DNA of 32,832 nt from Octopus bimaculoides. Its lineage: Eukaryota. The notes beneath the pieces are model-generated. The model ran no database searches. It worked only from the letters and a program-made list of their open reading frames with translations, and was not told the DNA's origin. Positions 20,335 to 32,763 of this stretch are shown here, one piece after another; within the stretch, counting starts at the first letter, position 1, and every line of letters begins with the position of its first letter. A program made the position numbers and the translations under genes. The DNA is taken from contig NC_068985.1 of the NCBI RefSeq assembly GCF_001194135.2, positions 21,675,237 through 21,708,068 on the forward strand, given 5' to 3'.

Positions 20335-23300
20335 CTAAAAAAAAAAGAACAAAAATGAAGAGATAAAAAACTGAAAAATTTAAATCAAAATAATAATAAT
20401 CATCATCATCAATATCATCATTATTTAATGTCTGTTTTCCAGGCTTGTAAGCCAGAGAGCGGCACCAAGCTCCAGTGTCAGCATGGTTTCTTAAGCTGGA
20501 TGCTCTCCTTAATGCCAACCACTTTACAGAATGTAATGGGTGCTTATTATGTGGCACCAGAACCAGCAGTCATCAATTGACTTGCAAGACAAAGACCCCC
20601 CTTGGTTGGGAGAAGGAGTGGTACCGAGGGAAGTGACTTTGTACCAGTTGAGTATAATAGAGGGATAGAGAGAGGTGTCTTACTATAGAAGACATACTTG
20701 GCTACCAAAGTTGAATAGAGAGGAAGACAGTGAGAGAGAAGTAGATGCATTGGGACATACCCACAAGGTGTAGTGGGAGGGGAATATACGTGGTATTGAG
20801 GGTGTTTCATGACAGTGCTAAGGGAGATGTTTGGAGATGGGGAAGGTGATGGTAAGAGAATTTGGAGTGGTGGGGAGGTGGGATATAGTAGATATGTGAA
20901 TGCATGGAGAGTGTGCAGGCAGGCATGTAAGGGAGAGTAGAGGGGCCAGCAGCAGATTGTGATCATGGGTAGTGGGAAGGGGTGTTGGGAAGATGGATTG
21001 CAGAGGAAATTTGACAGGGGACAGATTTTGTGTGTGTGTGTGTGGGGGGGGGGACATGGCTGTAAAGGACATGCTTATATATATTGCCACAACCCTAACC
21101 CTAAGCAACCACAGCAAATTGCCAGAAATCATGATCCCTATTTGATCTCCTCTGTGAGGTTCAATTGTTGGTTTAAGATGAGTGAAAATCAAGATGTTTT
21201 CACTCAACAAAAACTTTTGAAAGCCATGGTTTAACAATACTTTCAAGCTGTACTTTGCTGACCTTTTCTTTAGAGGTGACTTTATATAAAACTCTAAAAT
21301 ATTTCCAATTAATTTGTTACCTGCTCTAGTCATCTCTATTCCAATGGAGTCATCTTGCTTTTGTGCATCAACCAATGCCACTCTAATATAACTTCCTCAG
21401 TTCCTTTGCTCTCAAATTTCTAATACAAAATAGGCACCGACATAGATGTGTGGTGAAGAAGCTTGCTTTCTAACCATAAGGTCTCAGGTTCAATCCCACT
21501 GTATGCGACCTATAGGCACGGGCATGGCTGTGTGAGGCTAAGAAGCTTGCTTCCTAACCATATGGTCTTAGGTTCAGTTCCATTGCACAGCACCCCAAGC
21601 AAGTGTCTTCTACTACAGCTCTAGGTTAACCAAAGCTTTGAGTAGAGTTGGTAGAGGGAAACTGGAAGAAGCTTGTATATGTGTGTGTGTGTTGTCTTGA
21701 CATCATGTGATGGCATCATAAAAGTGATGTTGTTTGGTTCCAGTCTTCTGTGAAAAACATATCTGGACATGAGGAAATATTACCTTAGCTATAAACAGGT
21801 AAGGATTGGCAACAAGAAAGCCGTCCAGTCATAGAAAATCTGCCTCAGCAAATTCCATCTGATCCATGCAAGCCTGGAATAGGAGGCATTGAATGATGAT
21901 GATCCTATGGATCATATTTAACTCATTTTTCTTAGGTTGCAGATTTCAGTTTCTTGATTCCATCTCACTACTGACAGACTCAAAGTCTTCATAATATATT
22001 CTTAGTTTATGCTATTACTTATTTACTAACAAGGTGAACTAGATGTACTTTGGTAGCTGAACTTCTTACATTAAGTCATCACAACAGTTTAGAATTAGTG
22101 CAGTTAGTGGTGAATCGCCGTCTCGATGTCTGTGCATTTACTAATAATATTGCTGCATAAGTTGATTTTGTTTAGCTGGGACAAGCTCAATATATAAAGA
22201 TGGGAGAAAGTTACAATTGATAGACTAAATACCAGATTAATACAAGTATTCTTAATATTGCTTTCTTGTTACTAAACCCCTGCAAAGGGAAGGAAGAATA
22301 TTTGATTGTATTGGCTTTGTATATTCTTTGATCAAACTTGACGGGATAAAAGACAAAAATAAACTCTAGTGGGATTCAAACTTACAATATAGAAGAATAA
22401 AAATAAATTTTCTAGTAACTTGCTGGCATGTGAGCCAACGGGGGTGGGTAGCTTTACATAGTCACTTAACTCATTAGAAATAACAGCCAAATGTCTTTCA
22501 AAAACAAACATTACCATCTTAAAAGTATACATTTACTATGTGAAAGTACTAGTGAAAAGAGTCGGCTTGATAAAGAAAGTTTAATGGATTTATTGTATGT
22601 GTTTAGAGTGAAAGTGAACACAAAGCAGCTGTTGAATGTAATAACTTAGTTTGTAAGAGTGAGCTGGGACATGAAATAACCAATATTTCAGATATCCAGT
22701 GATGATAACGCTGTCTTGTAATAAGTTTATCTTACAAGTTCACAATGCACATTTAACTTTTCATTGTCATTAGATTTTGTTAAACTCTAAATAAATCATT
22801 ACTTTAACAACAGAAATTGTTCACAAAGATATTTATACAGAATTACAACGTTATATTATTTTAATGATGAAATAGATCTTTAAGGATTTGGAAGAGAAAA
22901 ATGCTGTCATTACTTACATTGTTTCATATTTGCAGCGTTCGTTAGTTGATACAGATGGCTTCATTTTTTGATATGCTTTATTAATGTGCTCATGTTTAAC
23001 AATTATAGTCTCTTCTTTTTCAGATGGCGGCATTAAAGATTCTCGTCTATTTTTTACTCTTCTCTTCTTTCTAATCACCTATTATAGAATATTAAAGCAT
23101 ATATTAAAACATATAGCAAGTAAAGGAAAAAAATATTTTCATGTTTCTACAAATGGTATCAGCACCCACTACCGACTTTCTTGTTATTATAATGTTTCAA
23201 GCTGATATGAGATAAATCTGCCTCTGGATAAGATGCTAGTCTACAACTATTTACTTCCCCAGAAAAACTTTATAATTTATTGCTCATAGATTAAGTGAGT

Positions 23301-26300
23301 TTGCATAAAATTAAGTGTTCTACCTAAAAATAGAGCAAATGTACATGCAAAGCATTCGATCTTAGAACCCATAAATACAGTTTACAGATAAAAAATGATA
23401 ATATTGTACAATGCTGGTAAAAATAAGACTTAATTTCAAAGCATTCTGATCATTTAAATTCAATGTTAGAGAAACTATTTGTGTACAAAACACATATGGA
23501 TTGTATATGCTCACACAGATGCACAAATGACAACTGTTCCATTCTTTCTCTCTCTCACACACACAAGCACGTAAACACAACAGACAGTTATTCCATTCTT
23601 TCCTTCTTACACACTTTCATTCTATATTGACAAATATTCAGATTCTTCATAATGTAACCATGTATACATGATGTTTTTATCGACACTATTGCAGTCATGC
23701 ACACATTCTATATTGACAAATACTGTAGCCCCATTGTCACCATGACTAGTCTCTACTGTGCAGAGAAACACATATTCTTCTATATAAATAAAAGTGAAAT
23801 TCTGTCTGTCTGGGACCCTGGTATCTCAGTCTACATTTGCTCTACATAGACATATTATACCTTTTTGGAATCAGGATGATCCTAGTATTAAATCAGACCT
23901 TCATTTAGTTCTTGAACATCCAACATTGGGATCTGATGTAAGAGCATTTGGACTGCTATTTCTAGCAGGTAAAGTGACTGTGAGAGGTTTCAAACGGTTT
24001 ACAAGAATTACCTCCCTTAGCTATAATACTAATAATCACGACATTCTGTGTCAGAACACTGACCAAAGCTTTTTGAATTTAATAGCAAAACTTTGTAACA
24101 GTCACCTCTGTTACCTACAATGATAAACACAACATTCTGTCCATCAACCAAGAACGTTGTTCATCCTGCTGTTTTACAGTGATCTCCGAATGTCAGTGAT
24201 ACAAAATTCTCCAAATGTGATACACTATGGTATAAATCTGAGATGGTAGGATACCAATTAATGTTTTATTATTACTGCTCTCTTCAGTTTTGGGCCAAAG
24301 GCCCAATTAGCCCCCACCCCCGGCGCAAGAGCTATCTTAAAAGTTTGCATGGAGTGCAGCTTTTAAGCTAGTCACTGATATTATTGCCATCACAAACAAT
24401 TCATAAAATTTACCTGTACAAATAGATTTTTGTGATACCTGTTGAAATCCTTCATCCAGCATTACAAATGTCACTAATTTAATTTTCCTATGATGCAGTT
24501 GCACACAAAGACATACAATGGTTATATAATTGCAGTATTATGGAGTCAGTAACTCCCTTGTATATGAATTTGTTGCTTTAAGTGCTGTTGTTTCTTTATT
24601 TTTCCTGTATTTATTACAATCATTGGACTGTAGCCATGCTGGGGTACACATTGAAGGGTTTTTGTTTGAACAAATTGAACTCAGTACTTATTTTTCAAGT
24701 TTGGTATTCTATTTGTCTCTTTTGATGAGTCGCTAAGTTATGGAGATGTAAACAAACCAACACTGGTTGTCAAGCAATGAGGGATGCACATACATAAACA
24801 CACACACAAAGGGCTTACACATTGTCTACTAAATTCATTCACAAGGCATTGGTTGGCCTGGTGCCAAAGTAGAAAACACTTGCCCACTCATGGTGCTTGA
24901 ACCCAAAACCATGTGCTTGCAAAGCAAGTTTCTTAACCACACAGCCACATCTGCACCAAGTTAAATACCCTTAAATCATCTATGAAAGAGAGAGGGAAGT
25001 GTTCTAACATGATACTTACTTCTTTCTCCACTTTCTCCTCAAGTTGTGGGGAAGGTTCAGTGCACCCCGTCTCCAGATTTGGAATGTAAATGAGATTCAT
25101 TTTGGCTAAATTCTTTTTGTCACCACTCCAGCTGCGTGCTCGGGTAAAAAATTCATTCATTTTTTGGTTATCATCCTGAGGCTTATTTTTTGGCTTTTCC
25201 ATTGATTCATGAATAGCCACAAGTTGTGCATTGTACAACAATGCCTTTAGATCAGCTCCAGTGAAATGCTGGCAAATATCAGCAAAAAAATCCAATTTTA
25301 CATCTGGAGCTAAATGCATCTTCGAGGTAAGCACTTTCAAAATAGATAGGCGGTCATCCTGAATAAAAAGTAAATAACAGAAAAATACATTAAATATTTA
25401 AAGAAACCCCATAAAAGTTTATATGTCAGCTATTTTTTATTACTAAAGTTTGTAAAAATATTAAATTTCAAAACATAAAATGGTTACACAATAAAGAAAA
25501 CATTTGCAACATTTATAACAATTAACATAGAGCAATATAAAAAATTTTTAAAATGCTGAGAGCTATTCAAAGTAAGCTGATGCCATTATCGTTAACTATT
25601 GTTATCAAATTTTGGCACAAGGCTTGAAATTTTGTGTGAGGGAGTAAATCAGTTACATTGACTCCAGTGCTTGACTTGAAATGATGAAAAGTGAAGTCAA
25701 CCTTGGTGGAATTTGTATTCAGAATGTAAAGACAAGAGAAATGTTATTTAACATTTTGTCCAGCAAGCTAACAATTTGACAAAATGCTCAACAGCATTTT
25801 GCTTGTCTTTACATTCTGAATTCAAATTCTGCCAAGGTTGACTTTGTCTTTCACATTTTTGGGTCAATATAATAAGTACCAATTGAGCACTGGGGGTAAT
25901 ATAATTGACTAGCCCCCTCCTCCCACAAAATTTCAGGCCTTGTGCCTATAACAGAAAGATTATCCTCGTCATCATCATTATTATTATTATTTATCAGTAA
26001 AATCTTGAACTGCTCACAATTTCTAACAATTATATCATATTTAATGATATTCTTTAGAAATTCCCCAATACATTCTAAGTTCATGATCCAAACAAGAAAG
26101 GTTGAAAATATATCTATGCCATTTGTGATGGATAGTGCCTGACTCCCCAGTAACAATGGGCAACAATGCAAAGGTGGGTTACATGGGCATATAGTTGGTG
26201 GAGAAATGGATAAAGTTATTGGGGCAACCAGAATATGTGACAAAATTATTAAGCTAAGTCACATCCAATGCAACAGTAACCTCTGCATATGCACTATAAT

Positions 26301-29300
26301 CAGGACAGAGTTGTGCAAAAAAACATTTTTATAAGCCCTCTTGTTGATTGCAGAACACAGTGAACTCATTATCATGGCTTGTGATTTCAATGGACATATT
26401 GAGCAGCAATCTGATGGTTACTTCAGCATATAAGGGAGCTGTGAATATGGTACAAGGAATAAAGAGGAATCAAAGTTCTTGGATTTCTGTAACTTAAACG
26501 ACTTAACTATTTATGACATTTATAACTTCAGGGGATAGGCTAGACATCCACCAATCAAGTGAACACACAAGTCCAATAGACATTTTATTCATCAAGAAAA
26601 GGGTTGTTAATATTAAATCCTTCCTTGGTGAAAATTGTACCACTCAACATAGATTACTGATCAGTGACATTAGGATAAGAGCTAGCCAGACTCATAGACA
26701 CAAGAAAATCTAAAGTAAGGTTTGGAAATAGAAAGGTTGAAAGGCCATGGTTGTACATTGGCTCAAAGAAGTACAAAGTAACAAGCATGCAAAGAAGGAC
26801 TCAGAGTTTTAGCATAGAGGACAAGTTGGATCTGCTGTAAGCTATGAACCAGATATGTGAACGGAATAGGGTTCTAGTTAAATGGAAGGTGACATGCTGA
26901 TGAATTGGTAGATAAAAGCTAAGAAACAAACCAAGAAATTCTGGGGGGAAGAAAAAATAAAACTGGGAGCATGAAACACTTCCAGATAGCTAGAGGTCAG
27001 GTAAATTTAGGTGAGGCTGAAAGTAAGAAGTTCGCCACTGTTTAGCAATGAGAAGATTAAAAGAATGTGTTTCAGATTGCAAGGTAGTGTTCAGTCCAAA
27101 TCAAGAGGGAAGAGCGAGTATAAAATCAAGAAAATGTTTTTAAATATTATTTAGCTTGTTTTCTGACTCATCTAGGAGGACAGTTACTCCATATATGAAC
27201 TGGTTGGGAAGTGGATGTAAAATGAGGATGATGATGATTGATTAAGGAATATAAAAATAATTAGAAAAAAATGTCAATAACCTTGCTTGGTATATCACAG
27301 GACATGCATTTGTCAAAACGGCCTGGACGAAGCAAGGCAGGATCAATGAGATCTGGTCGACTTGTTGCACCAATCACAAAAACACCTGAAAAAGTGTAAT
27401 ACAAGTAAGTAAATACTTAAGAATATTTTTAGAAAAGTAATCAAAATTATTATTCGTCCATACTTATAATATTTATTAGTTTTGAAAGTTTTCACAATTA
27501 TTTTACATTTAAATATTTTACTTTTTTCTTATTTTTAAAATCTTTTAGTTTGGAGGGAAGGCAGTGTCTGAGATTAGGGAGAAAGAAGCAAGAAGGTATT
27601 CTCAAGTTGAAAACCTAGCCCAAATGCTAACAGCAAAGTGAACTCTGCTAAAGGAACGTAGGGTGTCAGGTGGTGGTCTTAAATTGGATTATGGGTTAAG
27701 TCTACCACCAAGATAGGTTGTAGCAAGATTTGAACTCAGAATGCAAAGAGCTGGAATAAATACTGCAAGGCATCCAGTTCAAAATTCTTATAGTTTCACC
27801 AATCCACTGCCTTAGAAAGGTAAATTTATTAATAGAACCCAGCCTCCCAAAAAAGGATGAAAGGTGAAGTTAACCTCAAAAATTTCAAATTCTACCTACT
27901 ATAGAGACAGACATTAAGAATTATTATCGCTTTTATATAATCTGATTAAAAATTTCACATATATTTCTGTTAATATAATGCATTATAGATGCAAAAGTAA
28001 GCATAGTTGTTGAAGTTTTAAGTAAAGCACTAGTTAGGTATCTTTGATCAATAATTATGTAAAGAGGTTCTTGAATTCAACATGATTTTAAAAATTTAAT
28101 GAAGAACTATAAACAATAGCTGAATGAAGAAAATGACACACCCTCAAGACATTCAACTCCATCCAGTTGAGTTAGTAGTTGGTTTACTACACGATCAGTA
28201 GTGCCTGTACTATCATTGCCGCGCCTACAATGGAGAAAAATAAAAGTTAGTTTATTGGGAAGTAGTTATTAGGTACATTTAAAAATTCATTTCCCTTCAT
28301 ATGTGACATTTTGATACCAATTGTTAACAAAAAAAAATGAAGAAATATATCTCTTCAGGACAAACTCCTAAATTATTCATAGTATTTAAATAAAACTCAC
28401 TAGGTGTGATGTAACAAAAGAAAAATTTTAAAAAAACAACTTTTTTGTTGTCTTTTTAAGATTGATGTTGCTGAGAAATCTTTAATCTCTATTTGAACTG
28501 CCCCCCAATTGCAACAATACACTTTGTTATTTTGGCAACAATAGCTCAACCAACTTACTGTTTCTAAATCTAGACAGCATTGTCAACTGTACATTTATAA
28601 CAAAGGCAACCGAATTTCAACATCATTTTCCTTTTGCTGTTTATACACAAATTTGTTTAGTAAAATATGAAGAGAATTTCCCTTTTTATTGATGACAAAA
28701 ATATTGCTGGTTTACCCACTTTAAAATTTATACATATATAATGCATCTGTGTAAATTGCAGTGTGGAAACAAGTATAAAAACTAAACAAGGCAATATTTG
28801 AGAATAATGTAATCTGGGATGTGCTTGATTTTGTCTTGGAATTTTGAATAAAGATTTTTGCTGAAATAACAAATTGATTTAAAAAAAAAAAAATACAGAT
28901 ACACAAAAATGTGATGTGAATAAATGTTGAAAACTAAGAAATAAAATTTTGGAATTGGTTCTTCATATTAAAATGACCCAGTATTAGCAAGTGGTGGTCA
29001 TTCTGAGTTTTTCCTTGTCATGGAGGAGGGTTTGTGTGGTTCAATGACTTTGAGAGCAATGCCATTGAGAGTCTAGTACAACTGTTAGGACCACCCATGG
29101 CAGTAAGGCCAAAGAAATGGGGTTCTTTGAATACAACCAACCTCATTTCAAGGCCCCAATGATAGAGCAAACAGAGGTGTACAACAATTATGGTTGATAT
29201 GAATAATGCTTGAACTAGTAAAGGAAGGCAAACAATTGGCTAAGGAGGTAGCAGACCAACTACAACTGAGTTTGTTGCAGTTTAATCACTTGATACTGTC

Positions 29301-30732
29301 TGTCTCATTCCACGTGCAACAGAAGATGAACTAGAATGTTGGTCACTCCCTGGATAGTTGAGATCCCTCATAAACAAATTCATGCCACTGGTATTTCTTC
29401 CTGTTGATATTTTTTTTTAATAAATCAAAATTCTCAGATGCAAGAAAAAGCTGACAATTAGAAGCTTGATAAAGTTTAAAATCAAAAAGAATAAAGAAAT
29501 GAGAATAGAAAAAAAAAAAATATAAGTAATTATGATTAATGATGTGTAAATAAAATTTAGAATGAGATAACAAATTTACCTTGGAGCTAAAGAGTCGAAT
29601 TCATCAAAAAAGATGATACATGGTTTAGCTTTCCTGGCACTGGAAACAAAAACGAAACAGCTTAAGTTTTTTTTTCATTAAATACACATATATAAATTCT
29701 AAGTGTACAAGAAGTAAAGATATCAATTATTTCAAGACCCATTACATGTGGATGGTGCACAGAAAATAATCAAATAAGTTACCTAAATCAAATTCTAACA
29801 CAAAATAAAACAGTTTATTTTTTATTCCTATAAATGTTTCAATGCTTAATTACTAAAATCTATGGAAGAAAACAAAACATTTATGCACATTATCAAACTA
29901 AAATTATGAACTTTACTAAATCTAAAAAATTTGCAAACCAACCGATTGAATGTATCTCGAACAGCTTGTTCACTGGCACCTACATATTTATTTAGAAGCT
30001 CTGGGCCCTAATAAATAAATAAAAAAAAGAAATTTCATTTCAATAATTCAAATCAAAATTTTATAAAATCTCAAATTAAAATTTCTGTAATTCTTTCAGT
30101 GGAAGATACGAGCAAATGGAATTGTTCCTCCTTTGACAAATTTGAGGAGCAAAGTGTTTTAGTAAAAACAAGAACAGATCAATAAATGAGATTTAGTGAT
30201 TTAATTGTGAAGCAAAAAATGCTAAAGAAGCTCTCATATAAAAAAAAGCAACATGTTGGGGAATACTTTTTACCACATGTTATTTTGTAGTTGCTTGGCT
30301 AGTTACTTATATATGTTCAATAAATTCAATTTAACAGCATTAAATTTCTGAGAGTCTATAGTCTTTTTAGATTCATGGATGGTAAATAGTGGTATCTATG
30401 GAGAATAGTAGCAGTTTTGTAAGATTAGTTTGGTCGATATTCTGTTTATGCAATTTTTGCCCTCTTTCAAAGAGACTTTCATTTAAACTATAAAAATTAC
30501 AAGTCTTTGTCAGTGGTTCTAAGTAGCAGTGGTGAAATAATTAAAAAAAAATTTATATCTAAATTTCCCTGTTTGTTTAAAGAATAAAAAGACTCACTTT
30601 AATTGTTATGAAATTCATTCGGCACTCTTTGGCCAAAGCTGCAACAATTAATGTTTTTCCAGTCCCTGGTGCACCAAATAACAATACTCCACTTCGTCTT
30701 CGAATTGGACATTTGGAAAACAAATTTGGATA
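20259..30732 (-). CDS. PEX1: PEX1 peroxisomal AAA ATPase, 3' part: complement(join(20259..20334,22918..23078,25020..25358,27282..27385,28142..28224,29580..29639,29943..30007,30598..30732)), 340 aa; 5'-partial
   Basis: Spliced D2 domain: Walker [27 protein letters not shown], Walker [63 protein letters not shown]. All GT-AG with consistent phases. The 135, 65 and 104 nt exon sizes match human PEX1 as I recall them. Confidence 0.95.
20390..20990. mobile_element. RTE-type tail (-) followed by a purine-rich unclassified repeat
   Basis: catcatcatc..tttaatgtctgttttcc..ggatgctctccttaatgccaacc, then a GA-rich segment; located in the last PEX1 intron. Confidence 0.55.
21432..21905 (+). mobile_element. 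SINE with duplicated tRNA-like head (21432-21515, 21517-) and RTE-type (GAT)n tail
   Basis: Two taggcac..agaagcttgctt..ggttca heads in tandem; ends ccatgcaagcc..gaatgatgatgat. Confidence 0.75.
22918..23078 (-). CDS. PEX1: PEX1 exon ([36 protein letters not shown])
   Basis: ataatag acceptor, GTAAGT donor; KPSVS..ER..YE is the typical AAA C-terminal helix. Confidence 0.87.
23776..24371 (+). mobile_element. Non-autonomous Helitron-like element with both termini
   Basis: 5' TCTTCTATATAAATAAAAG..ctgtctgtctg; 3' short hairpin tgca-tggag-tgca then CTAG|T. Confidence 0.55.
24615..24955 (-). mobile_element. OR1-type SINE
   Basis: cattggactgtagccatgctgggg..aaccacacagccac, reverse of 7607-7964. Confidence 0.75.
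25020..25358 (-). CDS. PEX1: PEX1 exon ([34 protein letters not shown])
   Basis: tttttattcag acceptor, GTAAGT donor, 339 nt, AAA lid. Confidence 0.93.
25614..25946. repeat. Head-to-head inverted pair of Deu/Nin-like SINEs (arms 25614-25760 and 25778-25946)
   Basis: Arms are complementary by eye throughout; 17-nt spacer. Confidence 0.8.
26140..27130 (+). mobile_element. Highly decayed RTE LINE fragment (AP endonuclease and linker)
   Basis: Remnants [40 protein letters not shown] in broken frames. Confidence 0.7.
27282..27385 (-). CDS. PEX1: PEX1 exon ([34 protein letters not shown])
   Basis: ctttttcag acceptor, GTTATT donor, second region of homology. Confidence 0.95.
27715..27890 (-). mobile_element. 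Deu/Nin-like SINE fragments
   Basis: atttgaactcagaatg and aaaggatgaaaggtgaagttaacc. Confidence 0.5.
28142..28224 (-). CDS. PEX1: PEX1 exon ([28 protein letters not shown])
   Basis: ctccattgtag acceptor, GTGTGT donor, 83 nt. Confidence 0.93.
29013..29105 (+). mobile_element. RTE 5' UTR-like fragment
   Basis: ccttgtcatggaggagggtttgtgtggttcaatgactttgagagcaatgcc resembles the recalled RTE/BovB 5' UTR motif. Confidence 0.4.
29580..29639 (-). CDS. PEX1: PEX1 exon ([20 protein letters not shown])
   Basis: tttccag acceptor, GTAAAT donor, Walker B. Confidence 0.93.
29943..30007 (-). CDS. PEX1: PEX1 exon ([22 protein letters not shown])
   Basis: tttattag acceptor, GTTGGT donor, 65 nt, pore loop. 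Confidence 0.93.
30598..30732 (-). CDS. PEX1: PEX1 exon ([32 protein letters not shown])
   Basis: tttcag acceptor, GTGAGT donor, 135 nt, D2 Walker A. Confidence 0.95.
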
Positions 30733-30852
30733 CTGAAAATATTTAGAAACGGAAGAAAACACTTTGAAGAATATTTACTAAATAGATAAGAAAACATCTA
30801 AACAACCATGTTGTTTTGGGTTCATTCCCACTGTGCAACACCTTGAGCAAGA

Positions 30853-32763
30853 AATTTGATGAGAGGGAGGAGCTACAGACATCAGACATAAAAGGTAACT
30901 GGAAATTTCTACAGGACAGCTTGCTGAGTGCCACAGACCAAGTCTGCAGATGGTGCAAAGTCCCTTCCAGATCTAGAGTTATGTGGTGGTGGTGGTGGAA
31001 TAGTATGGTAGACAAAGCCATTAGAGCAAAGAAACAGGTCTAGAAAGCCTGGAAGGGTGGGGGTAGCAGGGAACTGTACCAGGTAGCCAAAAGGGAGGCC
31101 GGGCAGCAGGTACACATAGCCAAGGGCGAAGCAGAAAAGAAGAAGTTTGCCAATGTCCAGCAACATGAGGACCAAAGAACTGAAGTATTTCAGATTGCAA
31201 GACTGTGTGTGAGAGAAAATTATGATGTCATAGGAGAGAAATGTGTCCGCATGGATGATAGTGCACTTGCTTGTAATGATTCGGAAAAGAAAGAGGCTTG
31301 GAGAAGCCATTATGAAAGACTGCTGAATGTGGAGAATGAATGGGGGGAGGAGAGCCTGCCAAATGTTGACCCAGGAGAGGAACTAGCTATCCAAATAGAC
31401 AGCACCCTGGTAGATAAAGCAATTAAGGGTATGAACCCAGGAAAAGCCCCCAGCCCATCAGGAATCACTACTGAGATGCTTAAAGCATCTGGTGGCGTGG
31501 GCTATGGCCTAGTTACCCGCATTGTAAATCAGGTAGTTAATGATGGAGTCATACCTAATGACTGGTGTAGCAGCACCATAGTCAATTGCTACAAGGGTAA
31601 AGGTGATGCTCTAGACAGAAATAACTACAGGGGCATCAAACTGCTGGATCAGGTGATGAAGGTCACGGAGAGGGTCATAACCCATCTCATTAGGGAGAGA
31701 GTCTGCTTAGATGAGATGCAGTTCGGTTTTGTGCTGGGTAGAAGCACCACTGATGCCATATTCCTGGTTTGACAACTGCAGGAGAAATACCTAGCTAAAG
31801 ATAAACCCCTATACTTAGCTTTTGTGGACTTGGAGAAAGCCTTTGACAGGGTCTCCTGATCCCTTATCTGGTGGGCAATGCAGAAACTGGGGATTGACGA
31901 ATGGTGAATAAGAGTTGTACAGGCCCTACACAGAGAGGCCGTTAGTAAGGTTAGGATTGGCAATGAGTATAGTGAAGAATTCCAGGCAGAAGAAGGGGTC
32001 CACCAAGGTTCAGCCCTCAGTCCCCTTTTATTCATCATAATCCTCCAAGTAATAACAGAGGAATTCAAGACGGGTTGCCCCTGGGAGCTCCTCTATGCTA
32101 ATGACCTGGCCCTCACAGCAGAACCACTACCAGAACTAGAAAAGAAATTTCGGGTGTGGAAGCAAGGTTTAGAATCAAAAGGCCTTACAGTCAATGTAGC
32201 AAAGACCAAAGTTCTAGTAAGTAGGAAGGTGAACACATCACACACCCCTCAGGTAGGTGGCCTGCTCGACGGGTAGAAAAGGTGTAGGTAGAAACTCCAT
32301 AAGATGCACCCAATGTAAGCTATGGACACATAAGAGGTGCAGCAACATCAAAGGAAGATTAAGTGTGCAGCAGAGGCACAGGCAATAAACACCACAGATG
32401 CTCAGAAAACAGATTCCACCACATGCCAGGGGGAGAAACTAGAAGTAGTTGATAGCTTCCGCTACCTAGGTGACCAAGTCTGTAGTGGAGGTGGATGTTC
32501 AGAGAGTGTTACCACTAGAATGAGAATAGCCTGGGCAAAGTTCAGAAAGCTTCTACCCCTGCTGGTGACAAAGGGCCTCTCGCTCAGAGTGAAAGGTAGA
32601 TTGTATGATGCATGTGTGCGAACTGCCATGCATCACGGCAGTGAAACATGAGCCGTGACTGCTGAAGACATGCGTAGGCTTGAAAGAAATGAAGCTAGCA
32701 TGATCTGCTGGATGTGTAATGTCAGTGTGCACACACGACAGAGTGTAAGCGCCCCGAGAGAAA
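30853..32763 (+). mobile_element. Inactive RTE LINE ORF2 (linker plus reverse transcriptase), antisense inside a PEX1 intron; preceded by a SINE-head fragment (30805-30852)
   Basis: KAPSPSGIT.EML, YKGKGDALDRNNYRGIKLL, QFGF..GRSTTDAIF, FVDLEKAFD, HQGS.LSP.LF, LLYANDL (YADD decayed, 32094-32105), FRYLGD. Several TGA stops and frameshifts. Confidence 0.95.

Noticed and set aside
21091-21104. aaccctaaccctaa telomere-like motif
   Set aside because: Only about two units, inside a repeat; not an interstitial telomere array.
20547-21381. 139-aa and 187-aa minus-strand ORFs
   Set aside because: They run through low-complexity repeat sequence inside the last PEX1 intron; no recognisable domain.
21946-22000. 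In-phase alternative PEX1 last exon ([17 protein letters not shown])
   Set aside because: Acceptor has no pyrimidine tract; 20259-20334 has a much stronger acceptor and a better YxxF match.
24395-24490. Possible extra PEX1 exon (two minus-strand CAG|GTA donors)
   Set aside because: Available acceptors give in-frame stops, and the flanking exons already join in phase.
31649-32068. 139-aa minus ORF (and 30909-31310)
   Set aside because: Antisense shadows of the RTE ORF2.
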